A stretch of DNA of 61,622 nt, filler included, from Diploschistes diacapsis (Eukaryota): NCBI GenBank assembly GCA_023645945.1. It is 7 parts of 7 records of this genome, joined end to end, with 100 filler letters (N's around TTAATTAATTAA, not from the genome) between each part and the next. Parts side by side here need not be neighbours in the genome. Positions count along the whole stretch, not along the records: positions 11,198 to 39,274 come from JALAIB010000154.1; 6 more parts are not named here. One strand, given 5' to 3'. The translations under genes and the position numbers were made by a program. The notes under the pieces are model-generated. The model had not been told where the DNA came from, did no database searches, and saw only the letters and a program-made list of their open reading frames with translations. Below, one piece after another: positions 11,198 through 24,363 of the stretch. Positions within the stretch are counted from its first letter, which is position 1. Every line of letters starts with the position of its first letter.

Positions 11198-13097
11198 AGG
11201 TCCATGCGTGCACCTCCTACTTCCCCATCTTCTCCGTCTCCCTCTGCCCCCTCGCCGGCAGACAGCTCGCCGTTTTCGAAGTCCATGTGCAGCGAAGAGG
11301 AGGAGCCGGGGCAAGCACCGTGTGACTTTGCGCGCGCGTGTGCACCGCTGCCCGACAAGGAGTCGGACTGCGCGTGGCGGTAGTCCTGCGAGAGCGGGCG
11401 GGGATGCAGCGGAGGTGGAGGGAAAGGCGGGGCCTGCGACGAGCCGAGAATGTGCAGCGAGGAGCGCGAGGAGGCGGAGGATGGGGGGAGCTGCGGCCTC
11501 TTGGTGGCGGGCGCGTTCCTGAAGGGGAGGGTGGTGCCGGGGAGGTTGAAGCGGAGCTCGCTGACGGGCGGGCCTTCTTGTTTGGGTTGGTGGCGGATAT
11601 GGGAAGGGGCGTTGGGTGCGTGGAGGCCTGGCCCGAGCCCGGGTCTGGAGGGGATGAGATGTCGGCATTTGAGGCTCTTGCCGGCTAGACCAGTGGAGAA
11701 GGCGCAGGTGGTGTTCCAAGGGGTGAGGAAGGTGTAGGGCGGTAGGTTATTGGACATTGGTGAGAGAGTTTGGGAACCGGATGGTGAGAGTAAGGGCTGC
11801 TGGGGGATGGATGGGATGCTGGAGCGGCGGAAGTCGAGGCTGGATCGGAAGCCGTTGCGGGATGGTGGGACTTGGCAGTCGGAAGGGTGGGAGGGAGATT
11901 TGGGTTTTTTGAAATTGAGCCATCTTGTGAACGGGGGGGCTGTGATGGTCTCTTCTATGTCGCCTGTATTTTGATGCTGTTGCTGCTTGTGCTGGGTGTC
12001 GATGAACTTTTCATAGCCCGAATTTGTAATCTCTAGGAGCACGCCTGCTCCACTATCCTCTGCATCTGTACTGCTTCGCGAAACGCCTCGTGACCGTTTT
12101 GCTTGTCTTGCCACCTCTAGTCGCCCAACGTTCCACTGTTCCCCAGATCCTGGGTCTCGCCGAATAAGAGTAATTAAAGTTGCTCTTCCGGTTACCCTAA
12201 CTTTAGGATTCTCCAATTCTTTAAAGGGTGACAGTCTGTCGAAGCCACCAGCGAGACCTCCGTCTACTGAACTCCTCATCTTTCCACCATTCAAATTCCT
12301 TGGTGGCTGTAGGGCATGGGATGAACGCTGCTCTGACCATGGCTCTGACTGCCACAGCTTCACATTTTCCTTTCCCGGTGATCGTGATAGCGGAGACAAT
12401 TGAGTAGCCTCCGAGCTTGGTCGTGGGGGGAGCATAGGGCGAGGCCCAAGAATCTTCTGTGGCGAAGAGGGCGACTCTAATGGAATAAGAGCCTCAGGCG
12501 AACGTTGGCCACCAGTACCAACGGGCTTGCGCCGTATGCTGTTAGAAGGCTTCGATCGCACGTCCACGTTTCCCTGATGGACTGTCGCGTTAACACCAGG
12601 GGTTAGCGAATCAGAGTCTCGATTATGTAGGCGAGGCCGTGACATGTCTAGTCCTGTTCCTGTATCTGGATACGGCAGTTGCTGCTGCCTTCGCTGCGCA
12701 AGTCCAGACCCATCGGGATTCGAGAGGGTCAGCTCACGGGGCGGTGGTAAGGCATCTTGGAAGCTGCCTGTAGAGGACAGGTGTGAGCGAACCTCCTCGT
12801 CCACTGAGGACTCAACGTGGCAGTAGTAAAGACAACTTTCAATATCCGGCGCAGAAACAACCTTCTGCCTCGGTTTGAGAGGTGTCAAGAAGACATCTGT
12901 ATGTTAGAATTAGACATTTGAATTCTTTAAAAGGAGAGAAAGAATTAAGAAATACCTTTGCTACCAGGAACTCGAGCAATGTACAGGACCAACGGCTCCG
13001 TAGAAGCGAACGGGGACGGTGGATGAAGAGGTGGGGAATTGGCGCTGTCGAGCAACGATGTCAGAGAGCGAGCTTCGACCACGGAGGCCATGGTCAT
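11198..13097 (-). CDS. Conserved Pezizomycotina hypothetical protein (3' truncated)
   Basis: Exon 1 ...PLVLYIARVPGSK spliced to DVFLTPLKPRQKVVSAPDIESCLYY. A 580-codon ORF contains LIRRDPGSGEQWNVG, TPWNTTCAFSTG and VSELRFNLP blocks. Confidence 0.8.
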
Positions 13098-13742
13098 TGA
13101 TGCTGGATGACTGCTCTGAAAGTAGTTCTCCGCTCAGCAGGAAATATAACATGCTCAATTGCCATATACTAGCTTGAGATACTCTATCAGGTTGTCTTAT
13201 CGTAACGCCGTCTCATTTCCGACAACAACAAGAGGCCGAAAAACAATATCTTAGAAGGAAAAGCATCTTGATGTTTCGTTCGAGCCATTGCGAGTCTTTC
13301 TTGTAGCCAGACACTACAGTCATCTCAAGTCACTTTTGCCTTTCCAAGTGCTGCGGTAGGTTGTACTGGCAGCGTCGCAAAAAGGAGGAATGGGCTATGC
13401 AGAGGCTGATTCAGATCGCCAGGATGCGAAAGACGTCCATGACTACAGCACTCCAAATAAATGCTTTAAGAGCGATTCAAGATACTTTCAGCTGTCGTTG
13501 TGTTGTTTCATTGAGTAAGGACATATCATGGTCTCATGTAGCTAAGTGTTTGGTCAATTAAAGAACGCCGGTTGATCGCGCTCGAAATTATTCGGTCGTG
13601 TAATGCACAGTATCCCCACAAATGCATAATACTCGTTTTGCTCACCAATCCAAACGTAAGTGAGCATGTCCCCAGAACAACGCCATCAAATGCTGCTAGA
13701 TACATTACGCCGGTGATTCTGTTCGAAGTGCAACAACCAAGT

Positions 13743-14526
13743 TCATTCGGATATGTTGGGGTCGAAGTCAGTCAAGGGAACATAGGAAACCCCGTATTCT
13801 TTTGATCTTTTGATCGATCCGTCCTCGGCTTTGTCAATAACATAAATGTACTGTTGTCCGAATCGTTCACCGACAGGGATGAAAAGTCTGTATCAACACC
13901 GTCAGCGCTTGTTGAATGCAGCCTTTCACGGATGAACCCACCGTCCTGGCGACTTGAGTTGATCCAGCAACTCCTGGTGAGCCTCTTTAGCCGCAGCTCC
14001 AACATGAATGGCGTCGTATGGAGCATCCTCTTTCCAGCCCATGCGGCCATCCCCCACGATAAGCTTGACCTTTCCATTCTCAAGCATCGCTTTACCTTCC
14101 GAGCTCTTGGACATGTTCTTCTTCGACATGTCCACAAGAGCCTGGATGTGATCTATACCTATAACCTTTCCCTGTGGGCCCACGAGGTTTGCGAGAACGT
14201 TGGTGAGATAGCCACTGCCCGATCCGATATCTAGGACCTTCGCGGCAGGGTGGAGGTAAGGTAATAGAGATTCAGCAGCGGAAGCATGCATATGAGGTGC
14301 TGATATAGTGGCTTGCCAACCAATCGACTGAGGCGAGTCGTAATATGGCGAATATGGACTATAGTGAGCGCGGTCTACCTTGACTGATGTCAGTTGTAAG
14401 ATGACCATGGACGGGCAAGATTGCCTTCAGCATAGCTTGTTTGACTCTGTCGCTGTGGATGAGGCCGTTCGAGGCAAGATTAGCGATGAGGGCAGCATTT
14501 GAAGATCCACTTGATCTCCACGCCAT
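13743..14526 (-). CDS. PCM1: Protein-L-isoaspartate O-methyltransferase
   Basis: [10 protein letters not shown]...[44 protein letters not shown]-terminal [10 protein letters not shown]; two introns. Confidence 0.95.
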
Positions 14527-15101
14527 CTTACTCGTTGGAAGCGGAGTTAGCAGTTTGTTGAACCGTTTGTAGAGACGTTTGGGAGACAAGTCGACAATGC
14601 CTGAGAAGTACAAAGAGCGTAGCACTCAGAATTGAAACGATAGCAGCCTTGAGCAATGAAGTTGCCACACGTCTGAGATGTGCAACTCCAGCATTGAAAT
14701 TGGGCATCTTTCTGAAGCTATCTAGCTCCAGAGTAACGCCCCACTGGAGCAGGTGAATGGTCGTAACCAAGACGTCATGTAGCCCCGCCGATCATAGACC
14801 CCGGGGCAACGCAGGTTCAGGGGCTTTATTCAATTCCTGTGTGAAGATACCAGTGATACATATCCATCCATCGCGCCATCTCAGCATCTGAATGTACACC
14901 CTTGGCAAGATGCTCGAAGGGTCGGATCTTGCACAGGCACTTAGTGGGTTGTGATTCATCTGAATTGCTCGTCGAAGCTTGTCCTAATCGTAGCTCACCA
15001 TCGTCAGCCATCAAAGGGGATGAACGAACCCCTGAATCCCCCTCGCAGGTACTAGCCCCTATGAAAGACCTCATAAGAACGCTTTGAATAAATATATGAC
15101 C

Positions 15102-16140
15102 CTATCTCGTGGCCTTCACCCACTGCCAAGCTCCACATTCGAAGTTGGCATAGCAGCGGAATTCATTACTCAACCGGCCTTGAGCGTGCCGGACCTCAAA
15201 AGTGGTGGTTCTGACGCTAGGATACACCTTCAAGATCAGCTCCTCCATCCGCTCGCCAGTGCAAACAATAACGCGCGGCTCTTCGGTATGGTCATTGTTG
15301 CCCTTGTGGAAAGCCGTCCTTGAGAGCCATCGTACAGTTATTGCAGCTGATAGCAATTCTTAGCTTTGTGGACTTGACAGTCAAGATAGAAAACATTGAT
15401 GGAGAGGGAAGGCCAAGGTCAGTACCTTTCGTCTGGCATTCAGTGCTTAGAAAAGGGGGATCACAGATTATCCTATCAAACTGGCCCTTCAAATGGCCTG
15501 TTCAGAGTAGTGAGCGGAGCCTAGCTAACCAAGACATGGCCGGTGACAGACTTACCGGGTAGCTGAAGAGGCTTCTGATAGTCGTAGTAGACATACTCCT
15601 TTAGTACACGGAACCTTTCATCGAACTCTAGAAGTGATAGCTTTGGGCTTATTGAGTATAGTTCCGAGTTCTGTGCTCCAATACGCATTAGTATATGAAT
15701 GTATGGACGGTCAATGTCGCGATGGAGATTACAAACAAGCAAGTTCTTCAGTTGCACAAACACGCTTGGGGCAGAGACGACCGCAATCGACGTTTCATCA
15801 GTTGCTCCATTGAGCATTTCCTTTGCCAGAGTCGTAGCTGTTTCATCGCTATACTGAGTTTGTTAGATCGTACTGGCCTACCGAACCAACAGATCGCACC
15901 CAGAATTGGCTTGCATTCCAATTCTCACTGAATGTCTCCATGGACAGTTTTTCTTTGCCCTCGCCAGTAGCTTTGAGCTTTGCAAAGTTACTTTGTTGAA
16001 CATCGTTCGCTCTGTAGAATTCTTGTAGAGCAGCTAACGCGCCACCAGACAGCCTCCTTTTAAGCAGTCAAACAAGATGAATTTGAAATAGGAGAATGCA
16101 GTTATTACGGCACATCATCGTCTTCTTCAACACCCTCCAT
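15102..16140 (-). CDS. EFM5: eEF1A lysine methyltransferase (N6AMT2/EFM5)
   Basis: LSGGALAALQEFY, EDIQ...NWNA(S)QF region, VVSAPSVF, LLEFDERF, YYDYQKP, ICDPPFLS, CTGERME, LSNEFRCYANF; multi-exon. Confidence 0.88.
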
Positions 16141-16418
16141 ATCTGGCAAATGGAAGTTCTGTCTGAACTATGGCTTTGTATTCACACATGAACTATCTGT
16201 TGTTGGGTTTCCGCATCGTTGGTCAAAAGGATGTTCGGAAAGGGAACATCATGATGCCGTGACGTGACAGCACTATAACTGCGGATAAGCTCGGCTTCGC
16301 ATGGCTGTGACAACCTGTTTAATAGCCCCCTGCTCTGGGGTCGTCTCAGAGCTCTTGGAGAGCTCTCCGCGGTCCCAAGAGAAGCTAAAGGTCTTTCATT
16401 AAGCTTTTCAGCGCTCTA

Positions 16419-18512
16419 ATGGCACTGATATGTATAAGCAAACTTTCTAAGAACCAGGTCAATCTCGCTGACAAGCTGGCAGCTCCTACCATCCTAGCTC
16501 TACGACGGGATCCGCGTCTACTCCATCTCCCTCCCTACCTATCAGTTCTATGTGTCATTATTGGGATTGTTTGGCTATTTCTACTTCCATTGGACAATTA
16601 CTCAAGGCGAACATATATCTCCGAGAATGCTTTACTGCCAGGGCAGGTGCATACATACTTTGGCGGTAGTGAGCAAAACATCTTCAATGCATACAGACAC
16701 GAGGTGGTTGGGCTGGCGGACCAACCTCAGGGAACGTATGGGAACCGCTTATCTAGCTCGGTGAATATCTCGTTTAATACTAATGCTTCATTTAGGATAT
16801 CCTTAAAACTTGAAGAAATCCTGAAGTCTTCCGGCCTCAAAGTTGCAACTCAGAAATATAAATATAAGGCAGGGGGGAATGAGTATGGCGGAGAAAATGT
16901 CTATGGAGTGCTTCATGCGCCGCGAGGTGATGCAACGGAAGCAATTGTCCTGATCGCTGCATGGAGAAACATGGAGGAGGAGCTGAACCAGAGTGGAGTG
17001 GCCCTTGCTCTTACCCTAGCGAGATACTTTAAACGTAGATTATCCCTCGACTTTTGGAAACCTATCTAACATGGGTTAAGGCTGGTCACTATGGTCGAAA
17101 GATATCATCTTCTTATTCACGCCAGATAGCAAGGCGGGTCCTCAAGCATGGGTCGAGGCCTACCATGACGGTCGCTCATCGCCGGATGTTGGTTCGCTGC
17201 CGCTAAAGAGCGGAGCGCTAGAAGGGGCTATAGCAATCGACAACCCTAAGGACCATCGCTTTGAAAAACTTCATATCAGCTACGACGGCCTCAACGGCCA
17301 ATTACCCAATCTTGATCTGTTCAACACTGCCGTTTCAGTCTCCGCAGGACAGCATGGGATCCCAGCTGTGCTTCAGCGAATGTGGCAACACGATGACACG
17401 TACGAGGAGAGACTCCGTACGATCATTCGCAGTATGACCAACCAGGGCTTAGGTCATGGCAGTGGGCCTCATAGCAGCTTCATCCCATACCACGTCGATG
17501 CCATAACCCTAACCACAGTAGGCACAGGCTGGCAAGATGACATGGCCCTTGGCAGGGTTGTTGAGAGCCTCTTTCGAAGTCTCAATAATCTCATGGAACA
17601 CTTCCATCAAAGTTTTTTCTTGTACCTGTTGATGCAAACCAACCGTTTTGTCAGCATTGGTACTTACCTACCAAGTGCAATGCTCGTGTCTGCAAGCTTC
17701 ACAATCATGGCGCTAGCGCTTTGGGTAGCCAGTGGCCGGCCTCCGAAAAGCAATGCCAATCAATCGATCAAGGAGCCGATTTCCGGAATGGAGAAGACCG
17801 AATTCGAAATTGTCAAACATAGAGATATGGTGGCTGTCGTCCCCAAGGTGGAGCTTTCCATCCAGGAGCGGCATCTACTTTTCCCAGTGATATCAGTACT
17901 GGCTGTGCATTTCCTCGGCGTAATACCCCTGTATATCTTCAACAACACTGCTCAGGAGGTGCGTCACCACAATAGCCGCAAGTGGCCTTTTGTAAACTTT
18001 ACTAACCGACTCAGAATCTCACGTTTACATTCACCATGTTCGCCATTGTCAACGCGATCCTTCCTCTTCTACTCTCGGCCCTCGCGAACCACCTCGCCGC
18101 CCCAACAACTCAACACCGCCTTCTCTTCAAGAGCTTCTCTCTGCTCTTACTCGGCATGTTCCTTGCCACATTAGCGACAATCAACTTTTCCTTATCCTTC
18201 TTCATCGGCCTTCTTTCGTCTCCACTCTCAATTGTTGGCCCTCTTGCCTTCCCCTCCGAGAGCAAGACTTCGGCTTCTTCGGCACCCCGTTCTCTCACAG
18301 TGAGAAGGGTTGTGGAGAATGTCATCTTACAGATCATTTCTCCACCTGCCATGTGCTTTGCCGTCTGTTGGGCAACCGGCATATCCATAGAGCATGTGCT
18401 GACAGAGGCAGTGTTCGGTTGGGAAATCTGGGGATTATGGACACAGGTTATTGTGTGGTGCATATGGTGGCCGGCGTGGCTGGCTGGAGCTATTGGCGCG
18501 AGTCCAGTATAG
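16419..18512 (+). CDS. GAA1: GPI transamidase component Gaa1
   Basis: RRTYISENALLPGQV, APRGDATEA, WSLWSKDII, GLNGQLPNLDL, RSLNNLMEHFHQSFF and C-terminal TM helices. Confidence 0.95.
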
Positions 18513-18649
18513 GTTCAAATCTATTCTGTCTAAGTGATCGCATGCGAGCGCATTACAATATGGACGAGTTCATCGTACTATGCAAGTCTTGACATTGCTG
18601 CTTGATCGCTTTCTATCATCATGCATCATAGTCATACAAAGCAGGTCTC

Positions 18650-19905
18650 TTACGCCGCCCACACGTCCTTACCCACAGCCTCTATCCAATGTCCCAACTG
18701 ATTTACACTCGAATCCCACTCCTTTAACCTTACACGCATGTTATCCACCTGCTTCATGTCCAGCACCTTGGGCTGAACCCAATTTATCTTTGCCACTTCC
18801 GCCACCTGATCTATACTCCCCCTCAACAACCCCAAACTGAGCGCCTTCATGATCAGAATCTCAATTTCCTGCGGCTGCACCTGCGTCTCACTAGCTATCG
18901 TTTCGAACGTCATAGCCCTGTCATGCGGCGAGCGGCGGAACACCGCTTCCGTCAACGCCGACAAGGAAATCTTCTGCCGCAAAAAGTTCTTGTGCTCCTC
19001 GAGTATCCGCGCCCGCGGCAAATTCGCTTCCAGATTGTTGTACGCGCGCAGGTCGCCGCGGTTGTAGGCGAAGAGCATGTCCCGTAGCCAGCTGTGCTCG
19101 GTGCCGACCAGGGACTCGAGGATCGGGTGGAGGAGGAGCTCGCCGAAGTTGTAGATGGAGTCGGAGACGAGGGCTGCGATGGAGAGATCGTAGGCGCGAG
19201 AGCGCGCTTCGTCGGCGGAGAGGGTTTTCGGGTCGATGCAGGCGAGGTAGAGGAGGGCGTTTTTGTAGAAGGGGGCGAATTCGAGTTTGGCCTGTGGAGC
19301 ACGTTAGGACGAGCGGATGGAAAGGAGGGCTGGTACGTTAGAGCCGTACTTGATAGTAGCGGGCGTTTGTTCGGTAGAAGGCAGCGTGAACCTCTGTCTC
19401 GACGGAGTCGAAGGTGTCTAGTATCGCCTCGGCCTTGTCGAGGTCTTTTCGCGCCTCGTCGTCCTTGAGCCGAAGCTTGACGTCCGCCAAAGATACAAGA
19501 GAGTAGACGTAGGCATCTTGTGACGATGGCTTGTCGACTTGTTTTGTGAGACTTTTAAAGAACCTTAGGCGCTGCGCATCGGCTAAGACACCATGTAAGC
19601 TTCGTTATATCAGCTGGACTGGGACCCTCACTTTCATAGTCTGGCGCTACTAGCAAGGCGAGGTGGATGAATTTGAGCTGATTGATCTTATCTGCGAAGC
19701 TGGAGACGAACCGCAGGAAGAGAACTGTCCTGACTGGCGAGCTGTCTGGATCACTAAAGAAGTTGACAAGGACATCTGTGAGTTGATGCCATAATTTCCG
19801 CTCCCAATTATCTTCGATATCAATAAAAGTCTGTTGAAATTCCTCTGGAGCATTTGAGCGAAGTTCGGATAGTAGCTGCGTCGTCTTCTCGGGATCGAAT
19901 GACAT
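18650..19905 (-). CDS. RPN9: 26S proteasome lid subunit Rpn9 (PCI domain)
   Basis: WERKLWHQLT, IYNFGELLLHPIL, LRQKISL, LIMKALSLGLLRGSIDQV, WVQPKVL. Confidence 0.95.
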
Positions 19906-20151
19906 GTTGACTTGTTCGAGAAAGGAAATTCCTGCAAGTTTTGAAAGGTACTTTATACGAGCGTTAAAAGCTATATACATAGGATGAAACCGGCGAAAAG
20001 TGAAACCGCGAATTTACCGGAGCAAAGGCCCTTCCACCTTACAACGCCCACGATCACTCTAGTACTATAGCTGATCTTTGTTCGGCAAATCATTCTATCT
20101 ATCGTCCTTCAAGCTTCGCTTGTTGCCTTGGCCGGAGCTGCTATTATTGCC

Positions 20152-21585
20152 ATGCAGAAGTGCTGGGCCTCTCCGGCCAACAATGGCTTACAAGCCGTTG
20201 TGAAAGTGACAAACCCTCCCAAGGTTGGAGCAATCCAGACTCGAAGCCTGAACGATATTGCAATCACAAGGACTGGTAGACCTATAATCCGGATACAAGG
20301 CGGAAGGTACGCATGCTCAGACATTTTCATGATTGCCGACGGTGCTGAATGGAGCTTAGAGCGTCACTGGGAGGGCACACCGCTACCGTATTCGGCGCGA
20401 CAGGTTTCCTTGGGCGATATATCGTCAATCGGCTAGCAAAGAAAGGATGCACCGTCGTGGTCCCATACAGAGAGGAGATGGCCAAGAGGCATCTAAAGCT
20501 TACGGGGGATCTGGGCAGAGTCCATTTTTTGGTAGCCCTGACCCATGTCATTGATGAGCGCCTGGGCTAAGTACAGTAACAGGAGTGGGATCTGAGAAAT
20601 ACTGCATCGATAGAGGAAAGTGTGCGGCATTCAGATATTGTCTATAACCTTGTTGGTCGTGAATGGCCTACTAAGTGGGTATACCCTTTCCCCTTGTTGT
20701 AAGTTGAACAAGCTAACTATCCAGGAATTTCACCTTCGAGGACGTACACGTTGAAGGCGCCGAGCGTATCGCTGAAGCAGTCGCCAAGTACGATATTGAC
20801 CGCTTTGTTCACGTCTCCTCCTACAATGCCTCGAAAGACTCGTCCTCCGAGTTCTTCCGCACAAAGGTAGTTCCCTTCCTACCTCCCAACACCCTACCCT
20901 CAACATGGAACCATGCTTAGTCTCTCCCCATTCTAGGCCCGAGGAGAGGAAGTAGTTCGCTCCATCTTCCCCGAAACAACCATCGTTCGCCCCGCCCCAC
21001 TCTTCGGCTTCGAAGACAACCTCCTCCACAAGCTCGCCAGTGCCACCAACCTACTAACAGCCAACCACCTCCGGCAGCGCTTCTGGCCCGTCCACGTAAT
21101 GGACGTCGGTCAAGCGCTGGAAGTCATGGTCGACAATGATCTGACTGCCTCACAAACATACGAGCTATATGGACCGACGAACTACTCAATGTACGAGATC
21201 GGCGAGCTCGTCGATAAAGAGATCATCAAGAAGAGACGGCATATCAATGTGCCAAAGACGCTGCTGAAGCCTGCGGCTGATATCCTGAATAAGGTGCTGT
21301 ACTGGCATACGACGAGCGGGGACGAGATTGAGAGGGAATTTATTGACCAGACAATCGACCGGGATGCGAAGACGTTTAAGGACCTCGGGATTGAGCCGGC
21401 GGAATTAAAGGGATTGACGTTTCACTATCTAGTCAGTTCTCAAGTCGCTGCTTTCACGTCGGTAACCAGTGCTGACTCTCCTCTAGCAAGATTACCGGAG
21501 CTCGTCATTCTACGATTTACCACCGGCTACGGAGCGGGAGAAGCGCGAGGAGAAGAAGTACTTGCATGTTATTGATGATCAGTGA
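20152..21585 (+). CDS. NDUFA9: NADH:ubiquinone oxidoreductase 40-kDa subunit (NDUFA9 family)
   Basis: SLGGHTATVFGATGFLGRYIVNRL, RHLKLTGDLG, DIVYNLVG, FYDLPPATEREKREEKKYLHVIDDQ. Confidence 0.95.
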
Positions 21586-21759
21586 TTTATCACCAGTGTT
21601 GGGTCTGCCATTTGTACATAGAGTAATTCCGAAAGAAAGCCGTTGTAGAACTGAACCATGCTGTCCCAGTCCCGCCCATGGGAACAATGCCGAATATATG
21701 CCTATTTGCAGTTCTTTATCGGCCTTCAATCCCGGTGAGCTCAACCAATAGGTGACGTT

Positions 21760-22430
21760 CTAGTCGTCGACGAACAGATTCCAATCCTTGATTTGGAAGG
21801 TCTCGAGGATGGCAAGCATGATTTTGCGACCTGTTTCAAGCTCTGTAGTGAGCGATTCCGCAAGGGGGTTGACAAAGTCACCCTCAGCCCAATTGCCTTC
21901 GTAGGGCACATTGATTTGAATGAACATGTCCGTCTTCTTCTCCTTGAGCCTAATAAGAACTAGGTACATAGCCGTAAGTTCGACAGATTGCTCATCCACA
22001 GAGCCGCCATGGGACATCGGCCGCGTCATTGCAACAATTGAATAAGTCGGCAAAGCTGAATCGTGACGAAGGGTCTCGCGGACCAAACTTCCAATACAGA
22101 GACGTTGCTTCGAGTCAACCACGTCCTCGATGTGGAAACGGAAAGCTCCCGCATCGTCAGCGACGCCTTCACAATCGACCAGTTGACCGATATCAATAAT
22201 AATGTTTGTCAATCCGTTACGGTCCATGTATACTTCTTCGTTGTCGGGGATTGGACGAATGTTGCTATTCACGTCAGCAAGGGATAATCTCATAAAATAG
22301 TGATGGACGTTGGGCCTCACCTAACATCAAAGAAGCTAGCAGGGAATGCTGCCGTGATGGCCCCTCCGAAAAGTTCGGTTTCGATAACCTTGAAGTCCGA
22401 CATAGGTGCATTGCCGGTAGCGGCATTCAT
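21760..22430 (-). CDS. MOG1: Ran guanine-nucleotide release factor Mog1
   Basis: ELFGGAITAAFPASFFDVS|NIRPIPDNEEVY...LIRLKEKKTDMFIQINVP...FQIKDWNLF. An alternative start is possible at 22403. Confidence 0.88.
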
Positions 22431-22729
22431 GGTGGTTTCATTGATCATCTTGGACTGTGTAGAAGAAGAAGCGAAGCTTTAAGAGTGCTAGCTATGGAAA
22501 TTGTTTGGTGAAAAATTGTTGAAGAATCCTGAATTTGATGAATCGATGCTTTTACACTGCTGTCTGCAGTATGGGCTTCAGAGCTGGAGCAAGGACCTGA
22601 TGAGAAAACTAAGGCACTTTACCCTTCTCTTAGTGAATAAAAGCCTGGGGGTTTGGCTCTCATTAACCGCTAGTGTTGATCACGAAGCGGAAGTCCTTGC
22701 TATCGTTGGTAAAGAAGATGTTCATCCAG

Positions 22730-23839
22730 GAGTTTCTACGCTGTCGGGATCTATCGTGCTCTTGTCGTTCTGCACCTTTCCCGTCCGTGTACCGTTGTCT
22801 GCTGCGCTTAAGCCGGCAGCAGCGTCCGCCTCTTTATGTGTGTAAGGGACCTCTTTCAACAGCTTCACTCTATGGTTGTTGTCAGTGACCAGAGCCTAAT
22901 GCGAAGAGGTAAAAAGTGGTAAAGATGAAGCAAACCTTCTCTTGTGGCTTTTACCACGGCGATGCTGTACGAGATTGTGCTCTCCTTCGAAATACTTTGC
23001 GCACTGGACGCAATAATATGCTCCTAGGCCGGGAAGGTCCTCTGCAGCTTTCAATGCTTTGTGCTGGCGTAGATGCTTGGAAGACCTCAGATCAGCGTGG
23101 ATCTGGTCAAGATCTCTGGCCTTTGATCAACATTTGTGTCCGAAAGCGATGTGCAGACTCTTTGAAACAAGCGTACCTTGTGCGCCGCTTTGTTTTGCTC
23201 CTACGTATAGAACCCATGATGCACTAGTGAAGTGCTAAACGGATCAGCTTTAGAAATTTGTCTCCAAACTTCTTTCCAAAGCAGAGAGAGTTGCCCGCTT
23301 GTGGCAGCTAAATTTAGGGCAGAAGCCGGAGATACAGACACTTGTGGTTTCACTACGGAGTTAAGCCCTAAGTCCGAAAAGACTTGGCAGAATACCTTTT
23401 ATTTGTAAATCTGTAGCTAGACAATTTAAACACACCATGCAATCGAATCACAGATTGGTCTGTAGATTACATTTCTTCCGTCTTCTTTTGGGCCAACATA
23501 GAAATCTTTTTGGCTGTAGTATGCGCCTGTTTGCCGACTTATCGCGTAATATATACTAAATATCTGAAAACTGGTGGCGCTTTAACGAAGGGATCTATTC
23601 CCTTAAGCGATCAATCTCCTTTCGGGTCTAGGAACACACGGTCATACCTACGTCCCTTTAACAGGAGCCGAAAAGAGCAAGAGAATGTTAGCCTCACGGG
23701 TATCGGAGCCGGGGTGGATATATATATTTACGCTGATTCCTCCGATGCTCCAAATTCGTTGGAGGACAATGTTATTGCTGTTGAGAGTAGTATTTCTAGT
23801 AATAACGCGTCAAGGAAGGCAATCTACCCCTCTGTCTAA
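22730..23839 (+). pseudogene. Decayed PTH11-like (fungal rhodopsin-family) membrane protein
   Basis: Intact last exon from 23467 (FWANIEIFLAVVCACLPTYRVIY matches the TM7 motif). Upstream only broken hydrophobic fragments; the 5' limit is approximate. Confidence 0.55.
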
Positions 23840-24363
23840 TACTGGAAGACAACTAAAATACCAGAAGACCATTAGGCATGCAAATCTTGGATAGGAAATA
23901 CATATTCTAAGTGTCCTGAATTCGGTGCCTGGTATGATAGACTAATAGTAGTCCAAAGACAATATGAACAGAGAGGGGGAGAAGTTAGGATGGCTTAAGC
24001 ATCGCATAATGGTGATATCCTGACTTGGGAGAATGCTTGTTTGAAATACGTTGTACTGTACTGCGCTCGGATGAGACGGTTCCACTATATAAGTTAAGTA
24101 GTTTAAAAATTTCTATAGAGGTTCGTTCCCTTGGTGAATCAAGTACGAAAGACTACGCCAAAAATCATGCATGAAATACCGAGAATCATGTTGTGTCGAT
24201 GCTCATTTGGTATAGGCATGCCTTTTATTCAATTATCAGGAGTCTCCTGGGAAACTCTAGACGCCTGGTTAACTGTTCAATTACTCCATCATTGACTGCG
24301 ATAGCAGTTTGGTACTCTAGTGATACCTACTCGCTCAATGATACCAAGCCAAATTTAATGCAA

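Noticed and set aside
13760..13800. Apparent frameshift at the PCM1 C-terminus
   Set aside because: With the second intron removed the frame gives the conserved [10 protein letters not shown]; the gene is intact.
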